Source: Antedon mediterranea (taxonomy: Eukaryota > Animalia > Echinodermata). From it: DNA of 64,000 bases. The notes beneath the pieces are model-generated. The model saw only the letters and a list, made by a program, of their open reading frames with translations. It made no database searches and was not told the origin of the DNA. The position numbers and the translations under genes are program-made. The stretch spans positions 5,394,001 to 5,458,000 of the forward strand of contig NC_092672.1 in the NCBI RefSeq assembly GCF_964355755.1. The letters run 5' to 3'. Position 1 is the first letter of the stretch. Every line of letters begins with the position of its first letter. Shown here one piece after another: positions 1-13,700 of this stretch.

Positions 1-1474
1 TGAAGGCTTCAGATTGCTTGAGTTCTGTAACTTCAATTCGATGATCTTCAGAGGTACAGTAATCTCTAGTAGTGGCATTTGCATTCACAACATTGATAAC
101 ACCATTTCCTATTTAAATAATGTATCAATGTTTTCATTAGGTTCAAGTAACTTTGGGTATTACAAAAAAGTGCCTATTTATACTCCTGTGAGACTTTAAA
201 CACTGTGCCCTGTGACGACAGACAATTGCTTGATGGTTTAACATGTTTTTGCCTTTCAACCTCAAGATCCAGCGTTCAATCCTGATCTAGTGCTACAGTA
301 GGGCCAGGTTGTAGCTCACAATTGTTAACTCAACTCCCTAAAGCTTTGTCCACACTATCAAACTAGTTTGAAAACAACAGTGTGATGTGCCCAAATATAA
401 TAGTGATGTGCCCAAATATGGTAGTGATATGACATCATCATGTCCATATGGGCACATCAAATTTGTTTTTGTCAAATAAAGTTTGATAGTGTAGACAGAG
501 CTTTAGCTTCAAATGAGAATTATTATCAATATAATAATCTGCCAACTCCTTCCCTAAACTGTTTAAAATTCTGTTTCACACCTGGAGCAAGGGCAAGCCA
601 ATCTGTTAGCCCATCATTCACAGTATCATAAGCAGTGTGAGGCGAGTATATTGCAATACGATTTTCAATCGCTTTTACAATAATACGTTCTTTAAAGGTG
701 GCCATAGTCAGACGTTTCAAAGCTGTAAAAATCGGTGGATGGTATGACAGTATCATGGACGACTTCTCAACAATTGCTTCTTCCAAAACATCTTCGGTCA
801 AGTCATTTGTTAAGAACAATTTAGTAACTGTGTGAGGTGGTGTTGGTTCCACAAGTAGCCCTACGTTGTCCCAGCTTCCAGCCAGAGACGGTGAGGCAAG
901 CTTGTTGAGACGTCCGACACACTCTTGTAAGTTCATTTCAGTTGGTATTGTAGTACACAGTGCTTTCTCCTTTTTAAAATTAAGACAAATAAATTAAATA
1001 TTCAATTATTATTTTAATATATAGGGCCTACAGTTGTTTAAGAAATTATGATATAAGATTACACTTAAACAGGATCCATACTATATAAGTCAAGAAAGGC
1101 CTGTGAGGTCTCCCTGGTCCCTGTAGTCATCTAACTACCTGTAGCTAGTTGAAAGTAATCACTACATACAGTAGCAGGCCTAACCATTCACATGCCTGGC
1201 TGGAGTTTATACCTCCATCCATCCATGCCAGCAGTACTGTTGACCTAGCTCTACTTAGCTACTACTAGTATTAGTACTGGATAGTACTAACTAACTAGTA
1301 CTAGTAGGCCTAGGCCTAGCTAGTAGTAGCATAATTTAAGTTTTCTGAAAGACGCTTTACTTTTAGAAAATAAAACTCTTCGTGTTTAATATATTATTTA
1401 ATTCTTACGGAGTTGCTGATCAATTTACTTCGAAGTTGATAACCAAATCTGAAATTTCTAAATATTAATGTCAT
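1..1474 (-). CDS. NIF3L1: NIF3-like protein 1, 5' part (exons 1474-1409, 969-582, 108-<1; continues beyond window start)
   Basis: ORF 526-936 has the NIF3 motifs LAGSWDNVGLLVEP, TNDLTEDV, ILSYHPPIF and IAIYSPHTAYD. An upstream 66-nt exon (MTLIFRNFRFGYQLRSKLISNS, donor GTAAG) joins in phase 0 to the acceptor at 969. The phase-1 donor at 582 joins an open exon starting at 108. Confidence 0.93.
342..502. mobile_element. MITE family A (Harbinger/Tourist-type), copy 1
   Basis: TIR AGCTCTGTCTACACTATCAAACT, internal tgtgatgtgccc/gggcacatcaca, TWA flanks. Confidence 0.85.
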
Positions 1475-1771
1475 TCCAGTCCAAGTACTTTCAGGTCTAG
1501 CCTAGACCCTATCTTTGTTTACAAAAACTTGAGTGGACACGCATGTTGTCACACACGCTTAGAGGGTGAAAGGTCATTATCTACTAGAGCGTGACAGACA
1601 GTGTGAGAGCGACTTTTACACAAACACGAAGCATTCAGGCTAGAGAAACCACAACTTGTAAACTTTACAATTTAAAGTTAATTCTTAAGTCAGCTTATCC
1701 ACTTCTGGTGACATTATTACACAATTTTGTTTGAACTAACATTCCAGTAAAAAGTTATCTACAGACCAAAG
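1475..1771. promoter_or_regulatory. Compact bidirectional promoter region between NIF3L1 and paxillin
   Basis: Divergent ATGs at 1474 (minus) and 1772 (plus) are under 300 bp apart; the region is locally richer in CpG than its flanks. Confidence 0.7.
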
Positions 1772-4700
1772 ATGGAAGACCTCGGTAAGTCAATTTATTT
1801 TGTAGTTCGAGCACTCCCAATAATTTACTTCCGGAGTTTTTAGGCCTCACCACAACTCCATGATGGTATCACGATGGATTTTATACACAGGTGGGAGGAC
1901 TCAAATTAACTGATACTGATGAATAAAGATTTCAACAGGAGGCCTAACCTAACCTTGGAATTTAAATTATTGATGATATAGTTGTTTGTGTTATACTAAT
2001 AATTATTACATATAAATTGAGAAGAATAATATTATTAATTAATAAACAAAACTAGAAAGTAGAAATAAGAAATTGATTATATATTATTTAATATTATAAA
2101 CAAATCAGGCAAAGAACATTAATTCTAAACCGCCCGGTGATATACTGAAATTTAATTAATTAATTTGAAACGATAAAGATGAGGAAATCTGTGAGAATGA
2201 GAAAAAGTCGCCCCAACCGAGACTCGAACTCGGACCGCCTGCTTGATATGCAGATGTACTAACCATTAGACCACTGAGGCTTTCATGGTATTGTTTGAAC
2301 TCGATTGGATTATTTTATATTATTAAAAATAAGCCTGATTGATTGATAAAATTTCCTACTGTATGTCATATGTTATTCACGACAAATCTGCAGTATATAT
2401 TTACACTACAGTCCGTATGAACGGTTAAAGTCAGTATCAATTTGTGTAAGTACAGTAATACTGCATCTATGATGCGCCATGTTTTCTCAATCAGAGATAT
2501 ATACTTTTGTTTAGGTTGTTTATTTGAGCATCTGATTTTCCATTAAAAAAAATTCAAATCAAACTTAAGAATGTATACAGTACTGCAGTCAGAGTCAAAT
2601 CTGCAAAAAAGGGTCTTTGAAATGAGTTTTTGATTTAAATGTTTAAAGAAAGAGCAAAAAAATAATTAATTTCATTATTGTACAGTACTTCCATTGCATT
2701 ACCATAATGTTTTTGAAACAATTTACTTTATTTTCATGTACTGTATGATGCGTAGGATGTTATACCTAAACTTTAAATATTTCCTCAACGTGTAATACCA
2801 GACATTGAAACCCTAAACAACATCCTGGCAAAGGATTTGTGGTTTTCCAAAAAAAAAAATCAATGCATATAGCAATTTGTGTCTGGTCCTATACCAAAAT
2901 GTTAAACTTTATCTACAGTTTTTATGCCATGTTTAAAGCATGCAATACATTGATTATCTCATACTACTTTTTTTAAAGTAACCTTGATAAAGTCTCCCTG
3001 ATTTAATGTACTTGTTTACAGTAGGTTAACAGGCCAATGATTAAACACCCCTACAAAAGTGGTATAAATCCATACAACAAAAATTTCATATCATTTGTTA
3101 CTTATTTTTAAGCCTTATAAAAATACATAATTTTAAAATTCATAATAGGCATTGGAAATTCTCAGTTCTGTCATAGTATCAATGAAGTGTTAATAAAATT
3201 TGCAGACACTTAGAATGTGCTAACTGAACTGTACTTATTCTATTAAAGTTGTTTGTTATTTCACTTACGGTACAGTACAGTATGACACTGTATTCAGTAA
3301 CTATTCAGGACTTTTTGATTTCATGTTGCAGGACTAAACACATTTTCTCTCGATGATTATCTGAAATAGCAGTGAATAGTTGTTGTGATAATTATATGTT
3401 TCAACCATGGACTATAAATTATTCAATGATTTAAGAAACTATTTATTGCTGATCTGAGATTATCCCAATGTTTAATCATTGGGCTGTAGATCCTGTAGGT
3501 GGAACAAAGGTTTTGTCTACAGTTAAATAGTTTGTATTCAATCTTCAATTTGTTTGAAAGACACTTTTTTTTCAAGTGAAGACTCAATTGTTATCTACTA
3601 ACTGTACAGTACATTAGACCAGTGGCCTTATGCCGTATAAATAATTATCTCTCCCTATTTTGTATTGTTTCAAGTTACAAATTAAAAAAAAAAATATTTT
3701 ATTATGAGAGACTCATTAGTGATAACATAGATAGTTTGACGATTATTAAATTTTTTATATACTTTTTTCTATATTTAGATTACAGTATTCTAGATGGTTT
3801 TAACTTTGATTATCTTTGTCACCCAGATCTTTTGGAGACCGTTGGAAATAAGTTATTATAAAACTGTTACAGTACTTAATGTTATGGGTTATCCTAGCAA
3901 GATACTGTATCTAGGTTGTTTCTGTTGTCTTGCTGTCTTGTAAATTGTTTCTTGTTTTTATGCCAAATTAAAGAATAAAATGCAATACAAGTTTCAATAT
4001 ACGAATTATAGGCCTGGTGAACTCATGTGGGAATCTAGGTCTGGGATGTTTGTAGAATGTCAATATTAGAAATTCACAAACATACAAATCAAGCTTGCTC
4101 TACAGACCAATTACAGGCACTGTTTGTCATCAGTGGTTGGCTGATGTTGATCATTAAAACTAATGATTTGATCTTGAATGTGATGGGCGGATGTGGTATC
4201 TGACAGTTCATCCTTTTAATTGACCAATTTACATACAAGTGTACATGTCTCAACTGAAGTGATGGTTGTTTAAAACATGTACATAATAATTCAATTCGTT
4301 CACTTGCACTGATGAAGGGCTAGTGTTGCCCGAAAGCTCTGCTAACTTTTTTGGCGGTTTTACTTTAGATTAGGTACTGTATGTAACATGTACAGTAAAT
4401 ATGTAGCTTGTGGGGTTTAAAAAAAACATGCAGTACCTATAGGCTACAGTACAACACTGTAGATACCATCAGATATTTAATTTCAATACTTCTTTCTCAA
4501 ACTGTGTATAGATACAGTAAGGCTTCATTTATGTGCCTCGGGCACATCAATTAATGATGTTCAATTCAGGTATATATGTATAATAGAGAAGTCTAGAGAT
4601 GGTAAAGTATGACTTACAGTACTGCCCTAACATTACTGATACTAAACATGAACCATACTAATACTATTAGTAACCTTTGGAATTATGCTATGTTTTATAT

Positions 4701-7700
4701 GCTAACTACTATCATATTTTTATATATCATTGGAGCAATAGATAAAACTGGATGTGTGTCATAAACTTAAATGACATGAAGTGTATCACATGTAGAATAT
4801 GCAGATTTTGCGGTTTACTACTGTCTGTATAAACTATATGAACTCTATGATGATAAGTACTGTGAGATAAACATACTGAACCATAAGCAGATGTTTCCTA
4901 TGTCATGCCCTCAATTATGATTCTGTTTTTCTATTGGTTTTAATATGGAGGTATAAAATAAAAATATTATTATACCTCCATGGCTAAACTTGATTAGTTT
5001 AACTATTTTTTAGCCCTTCCCCCTTGATTATATACAGTATTGCATATTTTATTTATGTTACAATGTTTATCTTATATTTATGGGTAAATAAAAGAAAGGA
5101 AAAAAAGAAAGAATATGCAATTGTTTCTTTTCAAGTAGAAACGATGCAAGTTGCAATTGTCCCAAAGTTTGAATAGTGTTCATTCAAGTGATTCTTTTCA
5201 CCATATTTTGCAAATAAAACTAGATTTTGACCTATAGTTACAAAAAGTCAACTACAGTATCTTAATTGATACATAAAACCTAACTCATTAGATACAGCGC
5301 ACATTCTGGCAATCGATCAACAACTGAATTCTTGTTATTCTAGATAGAATGTTGAAATTGTATCCTAAAGCTAGGCTGCTTCATCTTACAGGTTGGGAGT
5401 GCCTTGAGATATATACCTCCAGGTACTCAGCCAATCCAGGGTCAAGTACCTTCCAGCACATTGCTACATTCTAGTTTCATCTCCATGGTTATAGAACACA
5501 GTGGTCTGAAACCTGAAACGAGTTCTCTCAGAGGGATGCCACGGTTTTTACTGTTTAAATGCATTGTTGTAGGCCTATGTTAAAATAAAATTTATAATAT
5601 TCTAGTAAAAGAAAGAAATAGTACTATAATATAATAGTAATAAAGTGGTATGATCGTACTGTTTTGTTTAATTTGGTACAATGTTATGATGAAACTACTT
5701 CTTCCATGGAAATCTTTAAAATTTTATATGAAATTGTTTCTAAGATGGTTGCAAACAAAAATGTCTTGCATACAATATATTACAATGTAAAGTAAAAGGT
5801 CTTAATAAATAGTGTTCAGTCTTTTTAAGACGGAAAATTATTCAATTTAATATTTATCGTCAATTTTTTTTTAAATGGCACCACACTAATTGTTTAAGAG
5901 GGAGGGAGGGTTTTTGGGACATACTACTGTAACTAACTATACTGTATCAATTGGTGATTTTTTTTGCAGAATAATTTGCATCAACAACATTTTTTTTTGT
6001 AAATTAATGCATTTTATTGAAAATAAACTAAATGGTTTATATGCAGATTGTTTAGTCTGAGTAATGTAATTGATTGATGTTCTGAAAAAAAGGTGACACC
6101 ATACAAAACGGAGAAAAAAAAGATTTACTACAGTAACCTTCAGTTTGATTTGAATTTATTAGGAAAATCATCATAAAAAATATCAATAAAAATACTTATT
6201 ATGCCAGAAAGCTTTATTAGCTTATTTCCATTTGGGATCCTTTTATTATAAATCTAAAAGGCAAAACATACAAAAACAAAGAAGAAACATGCATCAAAAA
6301 TGCCAGGAGAAATTAACTGTAAAAGTTTATGCATTTCTAAACAGGGTCCAGTCAATCTGAAATATACAGTACTCTAATAGGATATAAGGAAAATAACAAT
6401 ATTTTAAGACTTTTAAACAATACATTGTTACAGTGTTTTATACCATGCTATACTTTTCTACTATCTACTACTGTTAATGTACAGTACATTACTTTTTAAA
6501 GTTTTTATCTGTAAAATTGTACTCATCTCAGCCTTTGGCTGCCTGTACGATTTCTATAGATGAATAAAATATACATTGAATATACCTGAGTACAGTACGT
6601 ATATAACAGTAAATGTTGAAGATAAAACTTGTTGTGGTTCACCACCACCTTTATTCATTCAATGTTTCATTACATAATTTATAAACATTTTGATATACTG
6701 CACTTTATTTTATTTTTTATCTTTTGTGGTTCACCACCACCTTCAATGTTTCATTACATAATTTCTAAACATTTTCTGTTTTTTTTAATTATTTTCTGTT
6801 TTTCCTCATTGATATCATAATTTTAACCTTTAGTATCATACCATTAATACAAAGTATTTACTTCTTAACATTCTTTTTTTGTGTTAAATCTTCTATTTAC
6901 AAGTATTTTAGATATATGGTACAGATGTACAAACTATACAAACGATACTAAAAGCAGTCAAATGTAAAACGGATCAATTTTATTTGGAAGTGAAGCGGAG
7001 AAACCCAATGGAGGTCGCCAGCTTTAATTTTCGTGCACTGCGATTCAAGTTTATTTTGAATTATGGCGTGCATTCTTTGAATAATTTCTCAGATATCTAT
7101 GCCAATTGTTGACATTTAGGATACTGTCTGTAGTATTTCTGTTTAGATCAGTATGACAACCTGACATATTCTGTTTACCTTAGAAATTTGAATCCGAAAT
7201 ATAAATACGTTTTCAATTTAAAATGTCTGATACCATATATTGTTGTATTTCTGTCAATTTTATATATTTATTGAATGTATAATTTGACAATGAAGTTTTT
7301 CTTGTATAATATCTTGTGTACTGTATGTAACATTTATAATTTACATGATACAGTGAAGTTTTTCTGCTTGTATAAACTCAATTATTGAAGATATCTTTTC
7401 TTTAACGTATAATTTTCAATTTTCAAGTAATATTTTTTTGGATTTGATCTTCTTTCGACTAGTGAAAATGCTTTTTATTATGTAACTAAAGCGATTTCTT
7501 GTTACAGTAATTCTGGAAGATTTAATTGATGTTTCTGTTAGTTTCTTTGCTGTTTAAGAATATTTGTATTTCTTATCTGATGCGCCTTGAAGCTAAGGTG
7601 GTTTTACCTTGTGTGGCGCCTCGGTGTAGAATATTGAATTAAAAAAAAACAAAGTTTTTACAGTACAATAATTTTGTTTGACGCATTCTACTAACGTAAC

Positions 7701-10700
7701 CATGTTTTTTGACACCTGAAAGTGTGATTAAGGGGATGTAAAATGTTTCCCTTGTGATCATTTCAATCGTCTTCCTTCATCAGGTGTTTTTTACTTCCTG
7801 TCAACATCCCACGCAGTGACTACATAGTGTCGCAATGGTGATGTTATCCCACATCTTGTGGTTTAAATCCCTTCACAGGTGAAATTGAAAAATGTTGCAT
7901 ATTTTCTGACTAAGTTGAGTTTTATTAGGTGTTATTAATACATCCTGGGTTATTACCAATACCCATACTTCCGCCTAAGCAATGCATAGTTTGTAACATG
8001 TGTTGCTATGTATGGCCTTTATTGGGTCAACTCATGAGAATCTACCATTTTAAACGGCCACTCACCTGAACTTAATTTCAGTAAAATGATAATTGATATG
8101 CTATCAAAATTATTTCCATAATAGCATTTATGATTAATACACAGATCCTACTACTATACAAACTGTATTGTTTTTAAAACAAATGTACAGTAGTAGGCTA
8201 CAGTAGGCCTAACTATACTTTGTATACTGTTTTATAGAAAGTTATTATTAAGATTTTAATAAAAACTTAAACTAAGTTTCTATTAGTTTTGAGATATAAT
8301 CATGGTCTGGGATCAACTTAAAGAAGTGTTTATTATTTTAGAAAACATTTGTATTTAAACACCCCTATTAAGAATGGAAGATGCCTGATTTGGGTCAGTG
8401 TCTTGGTATGTATGCTCACTGCATACCAAGTGAAGAGGTAGCCCTATTGCACAAATAAGGCCATCTCAGATCAGATCCTCACAAGGTGCTTCCCAGCAGT
8501 ATATCAAGCCCTCTTTAGCTGGAAAATAGGTAAATATTCCTACAAATTACGTTATGATGATGGTGTCACATTTCATGATGTGTTGAGGAGGATGTTGATG
8601 ATTCAGTGAGGTGTGGAAACGGAGGGGAGTTCTCTCGGTATCAATTCAAGAGCTTAATAACGTTCTGTTTGGTCTCTGTCAGTTTCGGAAATAGGAGGAC
8701 GTGGTATATTATTTTAAGGATTGGAACAAGCTATTTAGTTTTGACATAATATTGTGCTAGTGTTTATGTTGTTTGAGGGTTTTAAACAAGAAGACCTTTA
8801 ACATTTAAAGTTAGGTTTTATTTCCTGTTTCTGTTTTTGGAATTTGTTTTCGATCTTCTCGTCACCTTTCATTTTCATCAGGTATGTCATCTTTCCGTTT
8901 TGAATTATTTTACTAGGTAATATAAAACTTCATTTTGATATTATGTAATCATGGAGTGTTTCGTTTGATAGGGAAAGTAGGTGTACATATTGTATAGTAC
9001 CTTCAAGTGGTTTAGTTTAGTAGTTTCAAGTCTACAGTATATCGTGTGATATTAATCATATAAATCAATGAGTGTTTTTAAATTATTTTCGGTTATACTG
9101 TGTTAGTTACCAAACACCAAAGTTTATTTTGCTAAGTACTTTATGTTTGTCTGTATAGTAGTATCATTGGTCGATATGGCCTCATGGCATTAAGAAAAAA
9201 GTGGGAAGTTTTTAAGGGAGATTCTTAGGGTGGGTCCTACAGTATTGTGTTTAGGAGAATGAAAACAATGTATGTTCAATAAAACCAATACTCTATCTAA
9301 ACAGTTTGTTATAAATGTAAATAAATAGAAACAGCAGTAAACATACTGAATGTTAATTATGAGGCATGAATATATTTCTTTAATTAAACAAAGCCTTCAA
9401 AATATGCATTTTGACATCACAAGTTGATTAGGAAAGATATGAATTAATACTTATTAAATGCTTCAGCTAAATTCAATGTCAGGGTCAATGCCATGCTTAT
9501 CAGTTTGTCAAGGACACTATATAAAGTTTGAATTGACAGAATAACAATGTACTACAGTATAATTGAACATTTATTGTTTATTTTTGAGGAATGCCCCTGT
9601 CATCTCCACCCCCTCCAACTATAACTCCGCCCTCCCCCCCCCCCCATATCACGAAATTAGGCCCTCTTTACGGGTTTTCGGACTATACCTGAGAAATCCC
9701 TGATTCAGGGAAAAAAATTCTTGTAAATACTCATGTGAACTCACTAGAGTCAATACTAGGACTATACCCGGGGATATGCCTGTTTGTGAAATCAGACATA
9801 AAGTAGGGAGTGGGATTAGACCCGAAGTGGGATAATACCCGAGGATGGTAGTTATATCCTGGGGAATGTTCCAGGGGAATGTTCCAGGGGAATGTTCCAG
9901 GGGAATGTTCCAGGGGAATGTTCCAGGGGAATGTTCCAGGGGAATGTTCCAGGGGAATGTTCCAGGGGATATAACACTGTATTTACCCAAAGAGAGGTAA
10001 TATTGCAGAGATAGTGTTTTATACTGTCGTTGTTCAATCAAAGGACTGGTTCTGTCATTGTCAATTTTAAAACTGTCTTAAAAATTATCATCCATGTTTT
10101 TATGTCTGCAAAACTCATTATTCACTTCAGTAAAATGCCTAGATAAATGTTTCATTAACTGGTAATACATGTATCTGTTATAAATGCAAATGAACCAAGT
10201 AGCTTAATAAATAAATGATGTGAGGAATAATATGATCTGATTCCTGATTAAAATATCCATCAATTTTGTAAGTACTTTACGAATGACTCATCGATTTCAC
10301 ACTGGGGAAATTATTCATAAACACAATGTTGCTGTAGTAGTAAATATAAACATCAACATTTCCTTGGTTTTTTACCAAGAACAAAACACAACTAAATCTG
10401 AGGTTTACTATTCTATGTAGTGTATACAGTAGTACTGTAGTGCTTACACAGTATAATAAGACATTTAATAAAATATAAGACGAAGTATAATACAGTAGAT
10501 ACTGCACATAGTACAGCACTGTAATATAAGACATAGTCAACATATGAGACATAATAAATATTATAAGCATGGACCTAATTTATAGGTTCATGGTATAAGA
10601 CATAGTCGACATATGAGACATAATACAGTATACAGTAAGCATGGACCTAATTTAGACATAGTAATAAGTATATTGTAAGACATACAGTAGTCAACATATG

Positions 10701-13700
10701 AGACATAATACATATTATAAGCATGGACCTAATTTATAGGTTCATGGTATAAGACATATTAATAAGTATATTGTAAGACCTACAGTAGTCACATACTTGG
10801 TTTAAATAAATACCTTACAATATTCTGTGTATACACTTTTATGTTTTACACATAATGTTATATTACATTACAGTACTGTACATTCTTTTGTCCCTGTTAA
10901 AAACTCCCACATACCCAGCAGGAACATTCCATCAGGCACATACTCTTAATGTAATTAGAGGGGCGAGGCAGATGTGTTGCAGCACATACTTGTACCTTTA
11001 ATGTTATATTACATTATTTTTTCCCTGTTAAAACTCCCACATACCCAGCAGGAACATTCCATCAGGCACATACTCTTAATGTAATGAGAGGGGCGAGGCA
11101 AATGTGTTGCAGCACATACTTGTACCTTTAAGAAAACAAGGGCATTACTGTATGTTTATATTTTGGTAACAGTAGTGCTGCTATAGTCTAGTTTTTTTTT
11201 AGCACAAAGTGGTTTACAGTATCCTTCTACATGCTTCACCTACTGAGGATATTAAGTACACATAAACATCTCTTCCTATTGTTATTGTTATCTATTTTTA
11301 ATCTATTTAAAAATAACCGTTTAAATTGCGTTATGCAGCAGAAACAGACCCTATGTAAAACTAGACATGTAACTCGTCACTTCGACGAGTTTGGTTATCC
11401 GCCGCGCAAGTGGAGCAACATTAACATTAAGGAGATAGGTTGAGGACAAAAAGAAGTGTTCACGTTGGCATTATGACCTGAACTGAAGAATATGATATGT
11501 TGTTATTGCTGAATTTTATTATTTAAATTCATATATAGTATACACAGTATAATCTGTATCCATATCACATACAGTGACATACAGTGTAGAATAGGTGAAA
11601 TTACGGGACCCGCTATTTATTGCAATTTTTAACATGTTGACGGTTTTAAAATGAAACGCGAAGGTAGCAATTCCGAAAGGAAATTATCTCAGCAACAACG
11701 TATTAGCGTGTAGAAGAAATTTGAATACGTGAAATATTGATGCGCGCTCTTTTAAATGTAATGAATTATGACGCAAAAGATGAAAATACGACCTTTTTTA
11801 TTTAACTGGCCATATGATGACGTCACAACATCCGATGGGCAACATTTTTACATAATTTCGTATCTACAATCCAATAGCATCCAGAAAAAGTTTTAATCGT
11901 GATTATCACATTTTATTCTTACGAGCTATAACAGATTAAAATTTACTGTAAAGATGAAATTGATGCCACACGTGATTTAAATTTTTAGGCATGATGACGT
12001 CAAAAAAATTAAAATATTTTTAACTCATGCGAAAGATAGTTGATTGACCTAGACAATATCAAAATCGGGGTGAAAATGGAAAACGAATAAGTGGAGATGC
12101 GCTCTATTCAATGTGATGAGCTATGACGAAAGATACAAAAATCCTAAATTTTATATTCGCGTGGCCATACGATGAAGTCACAATGTCCGGTTAGCCATAT
12201 TAATACCTGATCCGATACCTACAACTCATCTACTTCCAGAATATGTCATCCACAAAAAGTTGACGTCTAGTTTAGAAATTACGACTGTTTAAAAAAAGGC
12301 ATATTTTAAACGAATTTTTTAACCTTTTCATAAAAAACGCGCGCAAATTGTCCAATTCGACGTGCTCGTATGACGTATCTTTAAGTCGAAATTGTTTAAA
12401 ATTTGGTAAAATTACTAGAAAAGGCTGGAAAAACATAAATCACGCGAAAAAAATACGTTTTCAATGCTACGTGCGCACCGCACACGTAAAAATGTGCGCA
12501 CGCGTGGGAATTTTTGACATGCTTAAAACGACATGAAACGCGTAGAAAGTTGATTATAAATTAATTTTGCGCATTTTGAAATTTTAAATGCGCGTGCGCG
12601 CGTAAATTTGTGTAAAACACGCAATTTTTTTTCAACAGAAAGTTAGCGCATGATATAAATTAAACTTTTGCAAAGTTTCACTTTAAAATGTTATTTGGTT
12701 TTCGACATATGTTAAATACGAGAAAATCGTTAAATCGCGCGTACGTCACGTTGCGCAATTGTAAACATCATGAAAAGCTTCGCTTGACGACGTTACATAA
12801 ATGTCAAAATGTTAACATAGTTAACAAAATGTTATGTTTGCAAGTTTTAGAGAAAAGCGTTACACAAAAATCATACAGAAAGAAAGAAGATTAAGAAAAA
12901 GATGTTGATGATGATGATTTCGTACAATCACAAGAGGTTATCCTGCAACTTCGTTGCGGATAACCAATTATCCTAAAGTATTGTTTTGATAGTGTTTTAA
13001 TGGGAATACCGGTATTCCATATAATCTGGAACACTAAAGCTATTAGGGAAGTTGTTAACTACAGAAAAACTAGCTTCTTATAGTTTGTACAGTAACTGTA
13101 AAGGCTAATTCAAGCCTAGCCTTTACATACAGTATATGTACTGTAGATAAACTAACAATATACTTTCTCTAGTTACCCTTTCTCTCTCTATGACATTATA
13201 AATTATGAAAAGAAGAAAATAAGATGATGAAACACCCCTATAGAGGAGGAAGAATAAGCCTTTTTCCTAAATTATTGTCATTACAGATAAATTACTAGAA
13301 GAGCTCCAGAACACTTCAACTCAGTTAAGTTCAGGACGCCTATCAACAGCACAAACCACCCCAGTTCCACCAAGCCCTGTTTCCCCCTTGTACTCAGAAA
13401 TTCCAAACGGTAACCAACAGCCACCCAGAAAACCTCAGGTAAAAAATACAAAATGTTTGTCTCTATTTCATGCCTTCAGTAGCTCGCAATTAAACGCTGT
13501 GATGACGGTAGTGTTCATTATAATGACGCATCCCGGATTTTAAAATAGGGGGGCCCAGGGCCTAAAAATGGTGAAGCTTAATTTGATATCCTATCTTTTG
13601 CATTAATACATTTTGCGACATTTAGGGGGTGGGGGTGGGGTGCGGGTTCAGCTGGGCCCCCCTTGAATCGCCCCTGCATTAGAGCTTGTTCATGTGGTAT

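Noticed and set aside
440-631. Recurring short ORFs containing [10 protein letters not shown] / LCLHYQT (also 15320, 55482, 55558, 62660)
   Set aside because: Translations of MITE family A TIRs, not a protein family.
7755-7786. Minus-strand CTGATGA...GAAA hammerhead-like word
   Set aside because: Stem II cannot pair.
8550-8890. Possible extra paxillin exon or C/D snoRNA in intron 1
   Set aside because: A good donor (cag|gtatgt at 8881) exists, but there is no in-frame ATG in the needed phase and ATGATGA has no matching CTGA box. It could be a non-coding alternative first exon but is unsupported.
9649-10041. ORFs with repeated [13 protein letters not shown]
   Set aside because: Translation of the 13-bp minisatellite; no coding signal.
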